A stretch of 54,615 bases of DNA from Patescibacteria group bacterium. Its GTDB lineage: Bacteria > Patescibacteriota > Patescibacteriia > Patescibacteriales > VMTK01. The position numbers and the translations under genes are program-made. The stretch lies in assembly GCA_018896595.1 (NCBI GenBank), contig JAHIME010000003.1, forward strand, positions 1 through 54,615, read 5' to 3'. Positions 27,390-36,502 of the stretch are shown here, one piece after another (position 1 is the first letter of the stretch; the number at the start of each line of letters is the position of its first letter). The notes under the pieces are model-generated. The model made no database searches, had not been told where the DNA came from, and worked only from the letters and a program-made list of their open reading frames with translations.

Positions 27390-27480
27390 CTTGCGCGTTT
27401 AATCAAAGCGTGATAATATAAAAAATGGAAAAATGAAAAAATTCTTTCGTTTCTTAATTCACAATAATCAACTAAACAAT

Positions 27481-27654
27481 ATGGCTAAAAAATGCGATTT
27501 ATGCGGACGCGGCTCCACCAAAGACGCGAGCCGTTCGCACTCCAATATAAAAACAATCAAGCGCCAGCATATCAATCTGCAAACTAAAACCGTTGGCGGC
27601 AAAAAAATGAAGGTCTGCTCAAAGTGCTTAAAGACGATGTTAAAGACGAAATAA
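27481..27654 (+). CDS. rpmB: 50S ribosomal protein L28
   Basis: MAKKCDLCGRGSTKDASRSHSNIKTIKRQHINLQ. The track ORF starts upstream at 27433. This is the only convincing plus-strand gene. Confidence 0.88.
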   Translation: MAKKCDLCGRGSTKDASRSHSNIKTIKRQHINLQTKTVGGKKMKVCSKCLKTMLKTK

Positions 27655-27670
27655 GTGATTATCGGTTTTA

Positions 27671-27706
27671 AAAATACAGCGGTATTATACGCTGTATTTT
27701 AATTTT
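27671..27706. terminator. bidirectional intrinsic terminator between convergent rpmB and res
   Basis: 11-bp stem AAAATACAGCG/CGCTGTATTTT (27671-27681 / 27690-27700) with A/T runs on both sides. Confidence 0.75.
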
Positions 27707-27766
27707 CCGGTGGGCATTTTATAAATTATTTTTTCTAACATTCATTTTGCTGGTCTTTTAAAATTC

Positions 27767-30139
27767 TTAAAACTCCAAATATCTCCATCCTTTTTCGCCT
27801 TTTTTCCCGTCTCTTACCAATTGGTTAAAGCGTCCAAACGGCACATAAACATCATCGCTATTTATTAAAAAATACTTACCTTCTTTAATTACAATTCCGC
27901 CAGTTAAAAAATCTTTTTTCTTCTTTATGTTTTCTTTTTTAATATACCCTTGCAAGGATTCAGCTTTAATCTTGTTATCATCTTCGTTATAACCGGCCGC
28001 TTTCGTGTCGTATATCCCTAATTGGCCGTTCTTAAACATCACCAAGAAATCAGGTTGAAAAGTTGATCCTTCCCCATATTTAATGCCAAAATTCAAGGCC
28101 ATGTGCTCGTTGCCGTTCTGCCACCACCAAAAAACCTGATCTTTATTTTTTTCCAAAAATTCAACAAAATCTTTTTCAATTTCACTGTCAAAATTCAAAT
28201 ATGTTTTATTTTCAATAGGCCTTTTATACAACGATAAGCCATAGTTGAAAGGTTTATGCGTTTCAGGGTTATAATTTCTGCTTTCGGCTATTTCCCACTC
28301 TTCATTCCACTGTTCAATTTCTTTAATTTTCTTTTTTATTTCCTCGTTTTTTACCGGTTTATATTTTATAACCGCCTCATTAAATAATTTATCAAATATA
28401 TTAATGTTATTTAATATGATATTTTGGATAAAAATCGTTCCATTGTTAAATCGAGTTATTCCTAAATATTTTTTAAACCAGCTTAACACTGCCCCCATAA
28501 AAATGGGAATTGATCTCTTGGGCGCAAACCCGTTAAGATTTCTTTTAAACAAGTTCTCAAAAAGCGCGTCTTTATCATCCTGCGATAAATATGCCTGAAA
28601 ATTATCGCCTTGAATAATTTCTTCTTTGTCCAGCTCGTCAAACAATTTAGCGTCAATTTCTCTGTTTAAAATAATCTCCTCCTTTCCCTCCAAACCGTTA
28701 AGATTTATTTTTTTGCCTAATTTTTTCTTATTTTTCTCGGTAAAATTAAAATCAAACTTATTTTTTTCTAATCCAAATTCAGCGCAAAAAATGTCTTCCA
28801 GCACTTCATGGAAGCTAAGCGTTAAATCTCCGAAATCAACTCGATTGCGGTAATAAGATTTTAATTTTAAATTTTGGTATGCGCTTGAACGCCTCATAGG
28901 GATTGATTTTATGGCGTTTTTAATTGTCATATCCTTTCCTTTAAATTCAAGCCTGTCAGGTTCTATATTTGTATAGATAAACGCCTTGTTTAAACTGTCA
29001 TTATCATAATGTTTCGCCTCGGGCATTCTTAGAATTCTTCCAACGGTTTGCAATTCAAAAATTTCGCTGTGAGTTTCCCTAAACTTTACCAAAATTTGCG
29101 CTCGCGGACAATCCCAACCGGTGTCAATCGCCTGTTTGAAAATAAGAAATTCCACTTCGCAGGCGTTATTCTCCAAAATTTCCAAATTCACTTTTTCTTC
29201 ACTCAGCCACACCGCTAATTTTCCATTATCAATCGCTATGTCTTTTTCAGCAAAAAATTTCTCAATGCGCTTTCTTTTTTCATTCCCTTCTTCACCTGTC
29301 GGGATTTGGATCAAAACCAGCGGATTGACATCAGTATTTTCTTTTTTATACATTTTCGCAAGCTCTAATCTTTTTTGATAACTGGCTTCCAAAACCAAAT
29401 CCTGCGAAGTTATTTCATCATCGGAAATTTTATCTATGTTTTCGTTTACTATAATTTCTTTTTTAATCATTCCTTCGTCAATCACGCTATTCGCCGGCAC
29501 TTCAACGAGCCGATTATCATGTTTCCCCTCTGCCAAAACAGGCGTTGCGCTCATCTCTATGGTTAAATCCGCGCCAATGATTTCACGGAGTTCAATTGCT
29601 CTCTCGCTTGTTGAATTAGAATGGCTTTCGTCAATAATCATTATTATTTTAAAATTATTTTCTTTTGTATTTGCAATCAACTCTCGAAAATTAGTGGTTT
29701 CCTTATCTTTCATTAAAATATTTTTCCATTCTCCTGTCTGATTATCCTTAGCTCTTAATTTTTCCCAATTAACAACAACGACATCGTTATTTTCAATCGT
29801 TCTTTTGGATCCAAAATATTTTTCCTCCAACAAGCAAACATTAGGAAAGGGGCCAAAATATTTTTTTAGCGCCCGGCAACTTTGTTTGTGCAATTCACCC
29901 TTGCCAATACTAACCCATAAAAAACACATATCCGAGTTCCTTTTATTTTCCAACTCTTTGATGAGCTGATAAATATACTCGGCCATTATAAGAGTCTTCC
30001 CACTTCCGGTCGGAGCCTTAAAAATTATAGTTCTTTCGTCCGGGCTTAATTTTTCGCCATTCTGAAGAATATTTTTAGTTTTAGCAATAATTTTTTCAAT
30101 CGCGATATCTTGATATTTTTTTAATTGCATTAAAACCAT
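27767..30139 (-). CDS. res: Type III restriction enzyme Res-like subunit (SF2 helicase plus C-terminal PD-(D/E)xK nuclease)
   Basis: KAPTGSGKT (motif I), IIDESHS (DExH), QTVGRILR (motif VI), and C-terminal FQPDFLV...YDTKA. The ATG lies 1 nt after the mod stop. Confidence 0.75.
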   Translation of the reverse strand: MVLMQLKKYQDIAIEKIIAKTKNILQNGEKLSPDERTIIFKAPTGSGKTLIMAEYIYQLIKELENKRNSDMCFLWVSIGKGELHKQSCRALKKYFGPFPNVCLLEEKYFGSKRTIENNDVVVVNWEKLRAKDNQTGEWKNILMKDKETTNFRELIANTKENNFKIIMIIDESHSNSTSERAIELREIIGADLTIEMSATPVLAEGKHDNRLVEVPANSVIDEGMIKKEIIVNENIDKISDDEITSQDLVLEASYQKRLELAKMYKKENTDVNPLVLIQIPTGEEGNEKRKRIEKFFAEKDIAIDNGKLAVWLSEEKVNLEILENNACEVEFLIFKQAIDTGWDCPRAQILVKFRETHSEIFELQTVGRILRMPEAKHYDNDSLNKAFIYTNIEPDRLEFKGKDMTIKNAIKSIPMRRSSAYQNLKLKSYYRNRVDFGDLTLSFHEVLEDIFCAEFGLEKNKFDFNFTEKNKKKLGKKINLNGLEGKEEIILNREIDAKLFDELDKEEIIQGDNFQAYLSQDDKDALFENLFKRNLNGFAPKRSIPIFMGAVLSWFKKYLGITRFNNGTIFIQNIILNNINIFDKLFNEAVIKYKPVKNEEIKKKIKEIEQWNEEWEIAESRNYNPETHKPFNYGLSLYKRPIENKTYLNFDSEIEKDFVEFLEKNKDQVFWWWQNGNEHMALNFGIKYGEGSTFQPDFLVMFKNGQLGIYDTKAAGYNEDDNKIKAESLQGYIKKENIKKKKDFLTGGIVIKEGKYFLINSDDVYVPFGRFNQLVRDGKKGEKGWRYLEF

Positions 30140-30140
30140 A

Positions 30141-32288
30141 TTATTTTATATTAAATTTATTTAACAATAATTTCACATGTTTATAAAAATTTTTTACATG
30201 TTCAATTTCATATTCATTATACTCTCCATGAGCGGCATGATTTCCAATCGCCAAATATGTTTTATTTTCTTCCCATTCAATTTTGGAAAAAATATTTTTG
30301 CTTTTAAGTTTGTCATTCAATACGGATATTTTTTCTCCTTTAGCATTTCCCCTTAAAAATTCAATGCCGTTATTTTGCGAAATTTTAATGATTATTTTCT
30401 CTAAAACTATCCTAAGCAGTCTTGCGCTCTCGTTTTTATCATTCTGCTCAAAAATTTTATCTTTAGCCCTTTCAAATTCTAAAAGAATCAAGTCGCTTCG
30501 CATAGGTATATTTTTTCTCACCCACTCTTCATAAACTTTCAAAATCTTCTGCGGAATAGCTTCAAATCTGGCATTTTTAACAGTGGAAAAAATTTTCCCG
30601 TCTATTTCATCTTTCAGGGAAAACACATAAACCGCTTTTTCTTCTTCAATATTTTTTATTTCAGATAAAAAATCATCAAAACTTTTCTCAATGAAATTAT
30701 AATAAATACAAAGAAATTTATCATTCTTGTTTGAAAAAAAAATTTTATAATCATTAGCTTCTTTTTTAAGATTGAATATATTTTCTTTAATGCAAAGCAT
30801 TTCCGTGCATCTGGAAGTAATGTCTAATTTTGTTTGTACCGTTGTCGTTTTTTTCACTAAATCAGTTCTAAAATACTGCAAATTCCCGCCTAATCCCTCG
30901 ACTTTCTCGCCATTGCCGTTTTTCTTATAGCCTTTTATAACTTTTTTCAAACGCGGATAAGTAACATGCCGGCAGATTCCATGTTCCAAAATTTCGTTTT
31001 CATCCATCTTTTTTTCTTTTAATTCTTTTTCCAATCCATTTAGCTCGTTGTTAGTGCATAAAATAAATTTCCTATTTCCGCCATCTTCTTTGTTAAGCTC
31101 TAAAACCGCATGGCCAGTAGTGCCGGAGCCGGCCATAAAATCTAAGGCAACTGAATTATTGTCGGAAGAAATTTTTATTATTTTCTTAATTAAATATAAA
31201 GTTTTTGGATATTCAAAGAGTGCCTCGCCGTTAAAAATTTCTCTCAACTCTTTTTTTGCATTTTCATAATTAATTTCTTTTTCATCCCAAACTGATTTTG
31301 CCTTAATGCCTTTTTGTTTATCATCTCTTATTAAATAATCCTTTTCAAAAATATCCCATCGATTTTTATTAACAAGCCTGCCATATAATTTATCTTTGTC
31401 TTCTTCAAATTTTTTCTTTCCCCACCGCCATCGACCGTCTTCTCCGCTACCCAAGATTGGCAACGCTTCTTCAGTAAAAACATTATCCTTTTTTAAAGAT
31501 ACATTCCTATTTTTAGGATTTACATAAATAGGATAATATAAATTAGGAACATCAACCCTTAAAGACGCCGCTCCTCTTTTTCTCAATCCCATTTCTCTGT
31601 AGTTTAAACCGTTTTTATCTACCTTGGAATACTCCTTAACCCTATCATCACTTAAATCTTCCTCATTAAAATTCAACTTTTGTATATTTTTAGAATAAAT
31701 TAATAAATATTCGTGGGTCGTAGCAATATTCATTTGTTGTTTACCTCTGGGATTACTTTGAATAATAATATTAGCTACAAAGTTATTTTCTCCGAATACC
31801 TTATCACACAACAATTTTAACTGTGCTACTTCATTATCATCAATAGAAATAAAAATCACTCCGGTTTCTTTAAGCAGTGCCTGCGCTAAATTCAAACGCT
31901 TTTCCATAAAATTCAGCCATTTGCTGTGGCGGTAGCCGTCTTCTTTTTCTACATATCTATCATTATAAATAAAATCTTTATTCCCAGTATTATACGGCGG
32001 ATCAATATAAATTACATCAATTTTTTCCTTATGCGTATAATTTAAAACCGTGAGCGCGTGATAATTATCACCCTCAATTAAAATATTATCCTGCTCATCG
32101 CAAGTTCTTATTTCTTTCCCCTTAACTCTTTTTAAAACCGGCAAATTATTCTCGCAATCTAAAACGACCTGTTCTGGCTCCCTCTCCGCGTCCCAGACCA
32201 GGCCGTATTTTTTCTGCGCTAATTCCTGCTCTTGTTTCTCAATTATCCGCAACAATTCTTCTTTTGAAAAATTTTCGTATTTAGGCAT
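30141..32288 (-). CDS. mod: Type III-like DNA methyltransferase Mod (beta-class N6A/N4C) with a DUF4145-like C-terminal extension
   Basis: IYIDPPYNTG (motif IV) precedes DFMAGSGTTGHAV (motif I). The C-terminus ends in ...LAIGNHAAHGEY... Confidence 0.8.
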   Translation of the reverse strand: MPKYENFSKEELLRIIEKQEQELAQKKYGLVWDAEREPEQVVLDCENNLPVLKRVKGKEIRTCDEQDNILIEGDNYHALTVLNYTHKEKIDVIYIDPPYNTGNKDFIYNDRYVEKEDGYRHSKWLNFMEKRLNLAQALLKETGVIFISIDDNEVAQLKLLCDKVFGENNFVANIIIQSNPRGKQQMNIATTHEYLLIYSKNIQKLNFNEEDLSDDRVKEYSKVDKNGLNYREMGLRKRGAASLRVDVPNLYYPIYVNPKNRNVSLKKDNVFTEEALPILGSGEDGRWRWGKKKFEEDKDKLYGRLVNKNRWDIFEKDYLIRDDKQKGIKAKSVWDEKEINYENAKKELREIFNGEALFEYPKTLYLIKKIIKISSDNNSVALDFMAGSGTTGHAVLELNKEDGGNRKFILCTNNELNGLEKELKEKKMDENEILEHGICRHVTYPRLKKVIKGYKKNGNGEKVEGLGGNLQYFRTDLVKKTTTVQTKLDITSRCTEMLCIKENIFNLKKEANDYKIFFSNKNDKFLCIYYNFIEKSFDDFLSEIKNIEEEKAVYVFSLKDEIDGKIFSTVKNARFEAIPQKILKVYEEWVRKNIPMRSDLILLEFERAKDKIFEQNDKNESARLLRIVLEKIIIKISQNNGIEFLRGNAKGEKISVLNDKLKSKNIFSKIEWEENKTYLAIGNHAAHGEYNEYEIEHVKNFYKHVKLLLNKFNIK

Positions 32289-32297
32289 AGTTAAATT

Positions 32298-32777
32298 TTA
32301 CATAATTAACTGAACCGAGATTCCCATTGATACTTGATTCCCAATAAAATCTTCATCACCAGTAACTATAATTTTAATTCCATTATCCTTCATAGTCGCC
32401 AGATGAAAAGCGTCTCTTGGTTTTAAATTGAAATTCTTTATATTATCCAAAGCGTCTTCAACTCCATTTTTAATATCAGCAAATTGCGCTAAATTTAATT
32501 TTGCCAGAATTAACTTGGTAAATTGGCTTAATTTTTCAAATACATCATTATCGCCGCACGAAAAATTAACGCCATTCTGTTGATTATACTCATCCTTGAT
32601 GCCCCACCATGCTTCGTCAAGAGCCAAAGCAGAGGAATATAAATCATTATTATTGATCAAAAACTCTGCCAATAAAGAACGAGCCCGCTTTTTTAATTCG
32701 GGCTCTTTACTGATAAACCAATATATCAAAAAGTTGGCGTCAAAATAAATTTTTTCACCTTTAGTATTGGTATCCAT
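32298..32777 (-). CDS. PIN-domain nuclease (VapC-like)
   Basis: Acidic quartet in the expected order: IYFDANFL, LALDEAWW, KPRDAFHLA, IVTGDEDF. 159 aa. Confidence 0.75.
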   Translation of the reverse strand: MDTNTKGEKIYFDANFLIYWFISKEPELKKRARSLLAEFLINNNDLYSSALALDEAWWGIKDEYNQQNGVNFSCGDNDVFEKLSQFTKLILAKLNLAQFADIKNGVEDALDNIKNFNLKPRDAFHLATMKDNGIKIIVTGDEDFIGNQVSMGISVQLIM

Positions 32778-33039
32778 TGTGTATAGAAGTAAATATTCTT
32801 TTTAAATCATCTTTACTTGCTTTGTAGCCAAAATCAATAGATCCTTCCGTTTCTACAATAAACTGCTTATCATCTTCAGATAAAGCGAGAAAGAGATCGT
32901 TTCCTATGTCTTGTTTTAAATCTTCTAAAGCAACACCTCTTTCGTATATTTCCCTAATGCTGTCTTGGTAATTTAATACGGAAATATTTAAATATAAATC
33001 TTGGATAATATTTGTATTGTAATTTTGTGTTAAATTCAT
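32761..33039 (-). CDS. hypothetical acidic protein (candidate partner or antitoxin of the PIN protein)
   Basis: 92 aa. Overlaps the PIN ORF by 17 nt and the upstream ORF by ATGA. No recognisable DNA-binding motif. Confidence 0.55.
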   Translation of the reverse strand: MNLTQNYNTNIIQDLYLNISVLNYQDSIREIYERGVALEDLKQDIGNDLFLALSEDDKQFIVETEGSIDFGYKASKDDLKRIFTSIHNGYQY

Positions 33040-33647
33040 ATATTTTGCAAAATCTTATTAAATTCATTAAATTGTAAATTAATTTCACTTTTTAAATCCG
33101 CCGCCGAAGGAAGTTTATTTAAATTAAAGTGGGCGTTAAAGTGGGCAATAAATCTTTTGTTATCCCTTAATGGTTTAATTTCTAAAACATAAGTTATGTT
33201 ACCTTTTTCAAAAAGCACATTTACGCCAGCGCTTTTAATGTTTTCTATACTAGCAATTTTACTGCCTACAAGATTATTAATATCAAAACTATCACTTTCG
33301 GGGATAATCACCGCGTCATAATTAAACCCATAAGCGCTTAATTTATTTAGATCAATAGCATCTAAGGTTAAAAGATTTTGCAAATCATCAATAACTTCAG
33401 ATTCATTTATTTTACCGCCCCTTTTATCGTTTATCAAAATTCTATTGGCCTCAAACACTATCTCTTTCTGCCTTTTTGGAAAAACCAAAACTTTAAGGCC
33501 AGGCGCCTCTATAAAAGAATGCTTATCATTATCATCGACGCCTGACTTAAATTTATCCAGCAAATCCTTTTGGGAAATCAATAAATGATTTAACGGCGAC
33601 GATAAAAGCAGAGTAATATTAATATTTTTTACGCTTTCTACCTTCAT
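33036..33647 (-). CDS. hypothetical protein, first gene of the low-GC operon
   Basis: 203-aa ORF with no motif I can recognise. Its stop overlaps the next start (ATGA at 33036-33039). Confidence 0.55.
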   Translation of the reverse strand: MKVESVKNINITLLLSSPLNHLLISQKDLLDKFKSGVDDNDKHSFIEAPGLKVLVFPKRQKEIVFEANRILINDKRGGKINESEVIDDLQNLLTLDAIDLNKLSAYGFNYDAVIIPESDSFDINNLVGSKIASIENIKSAGVNVLFEKGNITYVLEIKPLRDNKRFIAHFNAHFNLNKLPSAADLKSEINLQFNEFNKILQNI

Positions 33648-33681
33648 AGCATAGAATCTTAATTATATCTTATATGTCTAC

Positions 33682-33710
33682 ATAATAACTGAAAAAAAGC
33701 AAAAAATCAA
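33682..33710 (-). promoter_or_regulatory. sigma70-like promoter for the five-gene operon
   Basis: The minus strand reads TTGATT (33705-33710), a 17-nt spacer, then TATTAT (33682-33687), about 35 nt upstream of ATG 33647. Confidence 0.4.
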
Positions 33711-33722
33711 TAGAGTTTAAAA

Positions 33723-34211
33723 TTATTTCTTTTTCCGTTTATAATCGCGAATTATTTTTTCCCTCTCCTTTTCGGTTATTTCGCATTGATCGCATCTATA
33801 CACATCGCATAAAACCGAATAACCTCCATCGGGAAGAACAATTCTTTTGCCGCATTTTGAGCAATAAGTCGGTTCAAAAGCCGGCGAGCTTTCCAGTTTG
33901 GTAAAATTATATTCATTAGTCCCGTACCAAACATACATTTCCAATTCATGCTCAAAATCTTTTAAGCACTCTTGGCAATTTTTCCAGTCTCCCTTATGTT
34001 CTTCCGCATTATGATGGCCGCACAACGTAAACCGCCGATGATTTCTTGAGCAACTGTTTCTCGCGTAAGAAAAAAGCGCATACTTGTCTTCATCATCGCA
34101 GATCCAGTTGCCGCAACAATCGGTTTTTACTAATTTCTTTCGCTTTCCACATAATCCGCATTTTGGCTTTGAATCTATTTTATTTTTTGAATTTTTTTTA
34201 TTAACTGACAT
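33723..34211 (-). CDS. Cys-rich putative zinc-binding protein
   Basis: 14 Cys arranged as CGLCG, CCGNWIC, CQEC, CSKCG and CDQC. ATG 34209-34211 is preceded by GGTGGAAG; the track start at 34238 overlaps the protease. Confidence 0.6.
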   Translation of the reverse strand: MSVNKKNSKNKIDSKPKCGLCGKRKKLVKTDCCGNWICDDEDKYALFSYARNSCSRNHRRFTLCGHHNAEEHKGDWKNCQECLKDFEHELEMYVWYGTNEYNFTKLESSPAFEPTYCSKCGKRIVLPDGGYSVLCDVYRCDQCEITEKEREKIIRDYKRKKK

Positions 34212-34215
34212 AAAT

Positions 34216-35241
34216 TTACTTCCACCCCTGCCCGACAATCCTAAACCCGACCTGCTCCTGCGGGACTTGAATCGGGCCCTGCGGGGTTTGCTGAACCATA
34301 TTTACCTGCTGTTTGCGATAATCAATTGAAAGCTCAAAATGGCTTGATAACTGCCGGCTTTCAATAAAGGCGATTTTATAATCCTTTTTATTTTGCATCG
34401 CGTTCGGGCCAAGCTCGTTTTCCGGATTCCATAATTTGCCAAGATCCATTTCTGTTTTATATTCCTCGTATAAATCAGTCATCGCCTTTGATAAAATTTG
34501 ATCCGCGAAAATAACCGTTTTTAATCCCAAATCCTCTTTGGCTTCTTTGCGCCCGATAAAATACTGGTGCGAATATAATTTTTCCGTGAAATAATCAACG
34601 ATTTTTTCAATTTCATCGTCTTTCATCGGCGTTTTGTGGCTTTTTAAAAGCCGCTTGGCGAGAATACGGATTAAATTATGGATGCGGTTGACATTGCCGA
34701 GCGCCAAAGGATGAATTTGCGGATTTGATTCCACGAATTTATTAAAAATCTTGGCAAGCTCCTCGTCGTTTTTAATTCCAAATTTATTTTTCGCCAAATC
34801 AAAATACGCCATCACATCTTCCACTGAAATGGGAATTTTGTTCTGCGGATTTTGCGGGTCTTGCGGATTGAAAACATTAGCGGTTGACGGGTCAATCGGC
34901 GAAAGCTCGGAAAGATCGCTCATCACGATTTCATCAGCTCCAAGCGCGATCATCGTTGCCGCGCTGTGCGCTTTATAAGGCGCGATGACTGAAAATTTAT
35001 CGCAGTACTCGCGAACCATAGAAACCAGCCGCCAGGGAACCATAGTATCCCCGCCGGCGCTGTACAAAAACAAATCAATATTTTCCGTTTTGCCGATGGT
35101 TTGAAGCTGTTTACTGATGACCGGAATAATGTCCATTGCCACGCGGGCGTTAATCGGACCCTGCCGGTCGCTGGTAATATAAGTTATTACCCGCGAATTT
35201 CGCGCCTCCTCAATTTGTTGAATAAGCGTTTTTTTGTCCAT
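34216..35241 (-). CDS. SDH-family / ClpP-fold serine protease
   Basis: ...DLFLYSAGGD...YKAHSAATMIALGADEIVM...LSPIDPS..., the pattern of S49/SDH_sah-type proteases. Confidence 0.7.
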   Translation of the reverse strand: MDKKTLIQQIEEARNSRVITYITSDRQGPINARVAMDIIPVISKQLQTIGKTENIDLFLYSAGGDTMVPWRLVSMVREYCDKFSVIAPYKAHSAATMIALGADEIVMSDLSELSPIDPSTANVFNPQDPQNPQNKIPISVEDVMAYFDLAKNKFGIKNDEELAKIFNKFVESNPQIHPLALGNVNRIHNLIRILAKRLLKSHKTPMKDDEIEKIVDYFTEKLYSHQYFIGRKEAKEDLGLKTVIFADQILSKAMTDLYEEYKTEMDLGKLWNPENELGPNAMQNKKDYKIAFIESRQLSSHFELSIDYRKQQVNMVQQTPQGPIQVPQEQVGFRIVGQGWK

Positions 35242-35275
35242 AGTGTTGTTATTTTATCATTATTTTAATAATTTT

Positions 35276-35959
35276 TCAAATTAACCCTTTTTCTTTGAAA
35301 CTCAAAAATTTATCTTTAACAATAATTATGTGGTCCACAACCTCTATGCCCATAATTTTACCTGCCTCTACCAATCTTTTTGTAATTGCCAGATCGTCTT
35401 CTGATGGTTCGGGGTCGCCGGAAGGGTGGTTGTGAACGAATATAACCGATGCGGCTTTGTTTTTAATGGCTTCCGAGAATACTTCGCGCGGATGGACAAT
35501 GCTGGCGTTAAGCGAGCCGACTGAAACTTCCGCGATTGAATGGTTCCTGCTGTTAAGAGCAATAATGTAAAAATGTTCTTTATGATAATCTTTAAGTTTG
35601 CTTTTTATCAACTGATACACTTTTTTGGGATCGGTAAGCTCTTTGCTCTTATAAGGCGGAGTTTGAGTGGAAATTCGGCGGCCGATTTCAAAGACGGCTT
35701 TTATCTGCGCCGCTTTTGCCAATCCGATTCCTTTAATTAAAGACAGCTCCTCAATACTTGCCTCGGCTAATTTTTGAAGACTGCCGAATTGCGACAGCAG
35801 TTTTTGCGCCGTAACCGCGACCGATTCGCCGGCAATGCCGCGCCCCAAAATAACCTGTAATAATTCTTGGGCCGAAAGCACCTGCTCGCCAAATTTAACC
35901 AACCGTTCGCGCGGCCGCTCTTCTTTAGGCAAGTCGTGAATAGTAAATGATTTGCTCAT
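35276..35959 (-). CDS. radC: RadC-like JAB/JAMM domain protein
   Basis: N-terminal HhH region and the C-terminal motif VHNHPSGDPEPSEDD. Confidence 0.88.
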   Translation of the reverse strand: MSKSFTIHDLPKEERPRERLVKFGEQVLSAQELLQVILGRGIAGESVAVTAQKLLSQFGSLQKLAEASIEELSLIKGIGLAKAAQIKAVFEIGRRISTQTPPYKSKELTDPKKVYQLIKSKLKDYHKEHFYIIALNSRNHSIAEVSVGSLNASIVHPREVFSEAIKNKAASVIFVHNHPSGDPEPSEDDLAITKRLVEAGKIMGIEVVDHIIIVKDKFLSFKEKGLI

Positions 35960-36001
35960 AATTTTATTTCATTAAACTATCATTTAAAAACAACGATTCT
36001 G

Positions 36002-36074
36002 TGGGCGATGGTGGATTCGAACCACCGACTTCTATCGTGTGAGGATAGCACTCTAACCGCTGAGTTAATCGCCC
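36002..36074 (-). tRNA. tRNA-Val (anticodon CAC)
   Basis: Manual fold: acceptor GGGCGAT/ATCGCCC, D stem ACTC/GAGT, anticodon stem CTATC/GATAG with loop CTCACAC, T arm GGTGG-TTCGAAT-CCACC, discriminator A. CCA is not encoded. Confidence 0.95.
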
Positions 36075-36078
36075 GGAA

Positions 36079-36492
36079 TTATTTTAACCCCTTGTCAATC
36101 GCCAAATTCACCAACCTGTCCGCCTCCTTATTCATCTCGCGGGGAATATGCTTGAATGTTACTTTTTTAAAACCCATGGTCGCGTTATAAATTTTAACAA
36201 ACAGCGGAGCTAAATTTTTATCTTTTACCCTGTATTCCCTGTTTAACTGCTTGACCACCAATTCGCTGTCCAAATAAAATTCCAGTTCTTCGGCGCCCAA
36301 TTTTTTGGCTTTTTCTATCGCCGCCAACAGCGCTTTGTATTCCGCTTGATTATTTGTCGCCAGTCCGATGTATTCCGAAATTTCCGCTATCACTTCTTTG
36401 TTTTCATTATAAAAAACAGCACCGATTCCCGCAGGCCCCGGATTGTTGCGCGCGCCGCCGTCCGTGTAGATTGTAAGTTTGCTATATTTCAT
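36079..36492 (-). CDS. rnhA: ribonuclease HI family protein
   Basis: DEDD residues in YTDGG, NNQAEY, LDSELV and NKEADRL; 137 aa. Confidence 0.85.
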   Translation of the reverse strand: MKYSKLTIYTDGGARNNPGPAGIGAVFYNENKEVIAEISEYIGLATNNQAEYKALLAAIEKAKKLGAEELEFYLDSELVVKQLNREYRVKDKNLAPLFVKIYNATMGFKKVTFKHIPREMNKEADRLVNLAIDKGLK

Positions 36493-36502
36493 AATGCGTT
36501 TA

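Noticed and set aside
27709-27717. Search for an att-type direct repeat of the tRNA-Val 3' end at the far side of the accessory region.
   Set aside because: The only match is GGTGGGCAT against GTGGGCGAT, which is too short and imperfect to be meaningful. No integrase is present either, so tRNA-targeted integration is unproven.
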